The position numbers and the translations under genes are program-made. From a virus (lineage: Duplodnaviria > Caudoviricetes): a DNA stretch of 56,439 bases. Where the stretch lies: the IMG/VR virus record IMGVR_UViG_3300034374_008412, positions 1 through 56,439 of that record; one strand, given 5' to 3'. Positions 55,280 through 56,439 of the stretch are shown piece by piece; positions within the stretch are counted from its first letter, which is position 1; every line of letters begins with the position of its first letter. The notes under the pieces are model-generated. The model was given only the letters and a program-made list of their open reading frames with translations, was not told the origin of the DNA and made no database searches.

Positions 55280-55705
55280 ATGGTACATTACGACTTAACA
55301 GAAATCAACAATTATTCAGATAATTGTTACACGAGTTTAACACACGAAGAATACGATGAAATAAAGAACGATAAACGTATTGAATTAATGCCTTGCCCTA
55401 TCGTTAAATGTGAGGATGGTTATATACAAATGAAACGTAGAACAAATACGTTAATTTTTCTAATGGCAACTACGTTAGGTTTCGATGAAATTAATGAACG
55501 TAATTACGAGCAAGTTTTTAATCGAATTAATTACATTGAAAAATTAAATGGTGCGTATCATTCAGCAAAAGATTTTGATGGTAAGGTTGAACCTATGTAT
55601 TATACGTTAGATGATATTAAAAAACATATCGGTTTAAAAACGAATGGTACACCTTTAAATAAAACACAATTTTTAAGTAGAATTTCTAAACAATTTAATT
55701 TATGA
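55280..55705 (+). CDS. Hypothetical protein
   Basis: 141-aa ORF. Confidence 0.7.
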   Translation: MVHYDLTEINNYSDNCYTSLTHEEYDEIKNDKRIELMPCPIVKCEDGYIQMKRRTNTLIFLMATTLGFDEINERNYEQVFNRINYIEKLNGAYHSAKDFDGKVEPMYYTLDDIKKHIGLKTNGTPLNKTQFLSRISKQFNL

Positions 55706-56439
55706 TTTTAAAAAGACCTTTGATAATATTTGACCTCGAAACAACGGGGTTAAATATTGCTAATGATAGAATAGTAGAAATCGGAGCATTAATAATTAAT
55801 CCCGATAATTCAACAGAGTTATATCAAACGTATATCAATCCCGAAGTAGATATACCAAAACAAGCATCAGATATTCACGGAATAACTAACGATATGGTTA
55901 AAGATTCTCCTACGTTCAAAGATGTGTCAAAAGAATTGTTTGATATATTCGATAACGCAGACCTTGGTGGTTATAATAGCAATATGTTTGATGTACCTTT
56001 TTTAGTATCAGAATTTAAACGTGCAGGTTTGTTATATAACATATCTAATCGTGCATTAATTGATGCGTGTTATATTTTTAAAAAGAAGGAACGTAGAAAT
56101 TTAGAAGGTGCATATAAATTTTATTGTAATGCTAAATTAGAAAATAGTCATAGTGCAGTTGCAGATTTAAAAGCAACGTGGTTAGTTTTGCAGGAGCAAA
56201 TTAAACGATATGATGATTTAAGTTTTGATGTTAATGTTTTACATCGTGCAAGTAACGATGAAGCGACTATTGATTTAGCAGGAAGAATGAAGATGGATAT
56301 GGAAGGTTTTGCTTGTATGAATTTTGGTAAGTATAAAGGTCAAAGAATATGCGACCTTGTTTTAACTAATCCCGATTATTTTGATTGGATGTTATCTTCC
56401 GATTTTACAGACGATACTAAAAGCCATTTAAAATCAATT
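55702..56439 (+). CDS. DnaQ-like DEDDh 3'-5' exonuclease (truncated by window end; not in track)
   Basis: MILKRPLIIFDLETTG...IHGIT...GGYNSNMFDVPFL...HSAVADL...NFGKYKG. Confidence 0.85.
   Translation, partial: MILKRPLIIFDLETTGLNIANDRIVEIGALIINPDNSTELYQTYINPEVDIPKQASDIHGITNDMVKDSPTFKDVSKELFDIFDNADLGGYNSNMFDVPFLVSEFKRAGLLYNISNRALIDACYIFKKKERRNLEGAYKFYCNAKLENSHSAVADLKATWLVLQEQIKRYDDLSFDVNVLHRASNDEATIDLAGRMKMDMEGFACMNFGKYKGQRICDLVLTNPDYFDWMLSSDFTDDTKSHLKSI

Noticed and set aside
1-56439. Stop-codon reassignment, tRNA/rRNA genes, integrase or transposase
   Set aside because: Genes tile densely under the standard code with TAA/TAG/TGA all used as stops. No tRNA cloverleaf, rRNA or recombinase/transposase motifs were recognised, though no scan was run.

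Overview
AT-rich, gene-dense segment of a virus genome, most likely a phage of a Bacteroidota host. It carries canonical Bacteroidota TTTG-N19-TAnnTTTG promoters, and its gene starts are A-rich without Shine-Dalgarno sequences. There are three blocks. (1) A + strand early/replication block (1-12142) encodes a DenV-like glycosylase, a minimal PolB-like palm protein, a Cas4/RecE-like nuclease and RecT. (2) A ~40 kb - strand late block spans 12221-52716. (3) A second + strand early block runs from 52948 to the end and finishes in a DnaQ-like exonuclease. In the late block I recognise no terminase, portal, HK97 capsid or tail genes. It instead has an FtsK/A32-like ATPase, a putative single-jelly-roll capsid protein with a diverged paralogue, about 30 membrane-anchored proteins, a HExxH metalloprotease, two spike-like proteins with shared ends, glycosyltransferases and three peptidoglycan enzymes. 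The membrane proteins include three single-repeat annexins, a LEA_2 protein and a PG-binding protein. This points to an unusually large (>56 kb) tailless, membrane-containing phage. The most striking unexplained signal is a set of mosaic 'polyvalent' proteins (zeta toxin, ParB-like, DarB-like MTase/helicase, histone-like) whose modules are separated by a repeated [FY]-[AES]-K-G-G motif (15 copies in 4 ORFs). There is also a second N-[FA]-D-G-type motif across the capsid and membrane proteins, and a shared C-terminal hairpin tag. Together these suggest a polyprotein-processing or cargo-addressing system. All family assignments come from motif recognition by eye; no searches were run.
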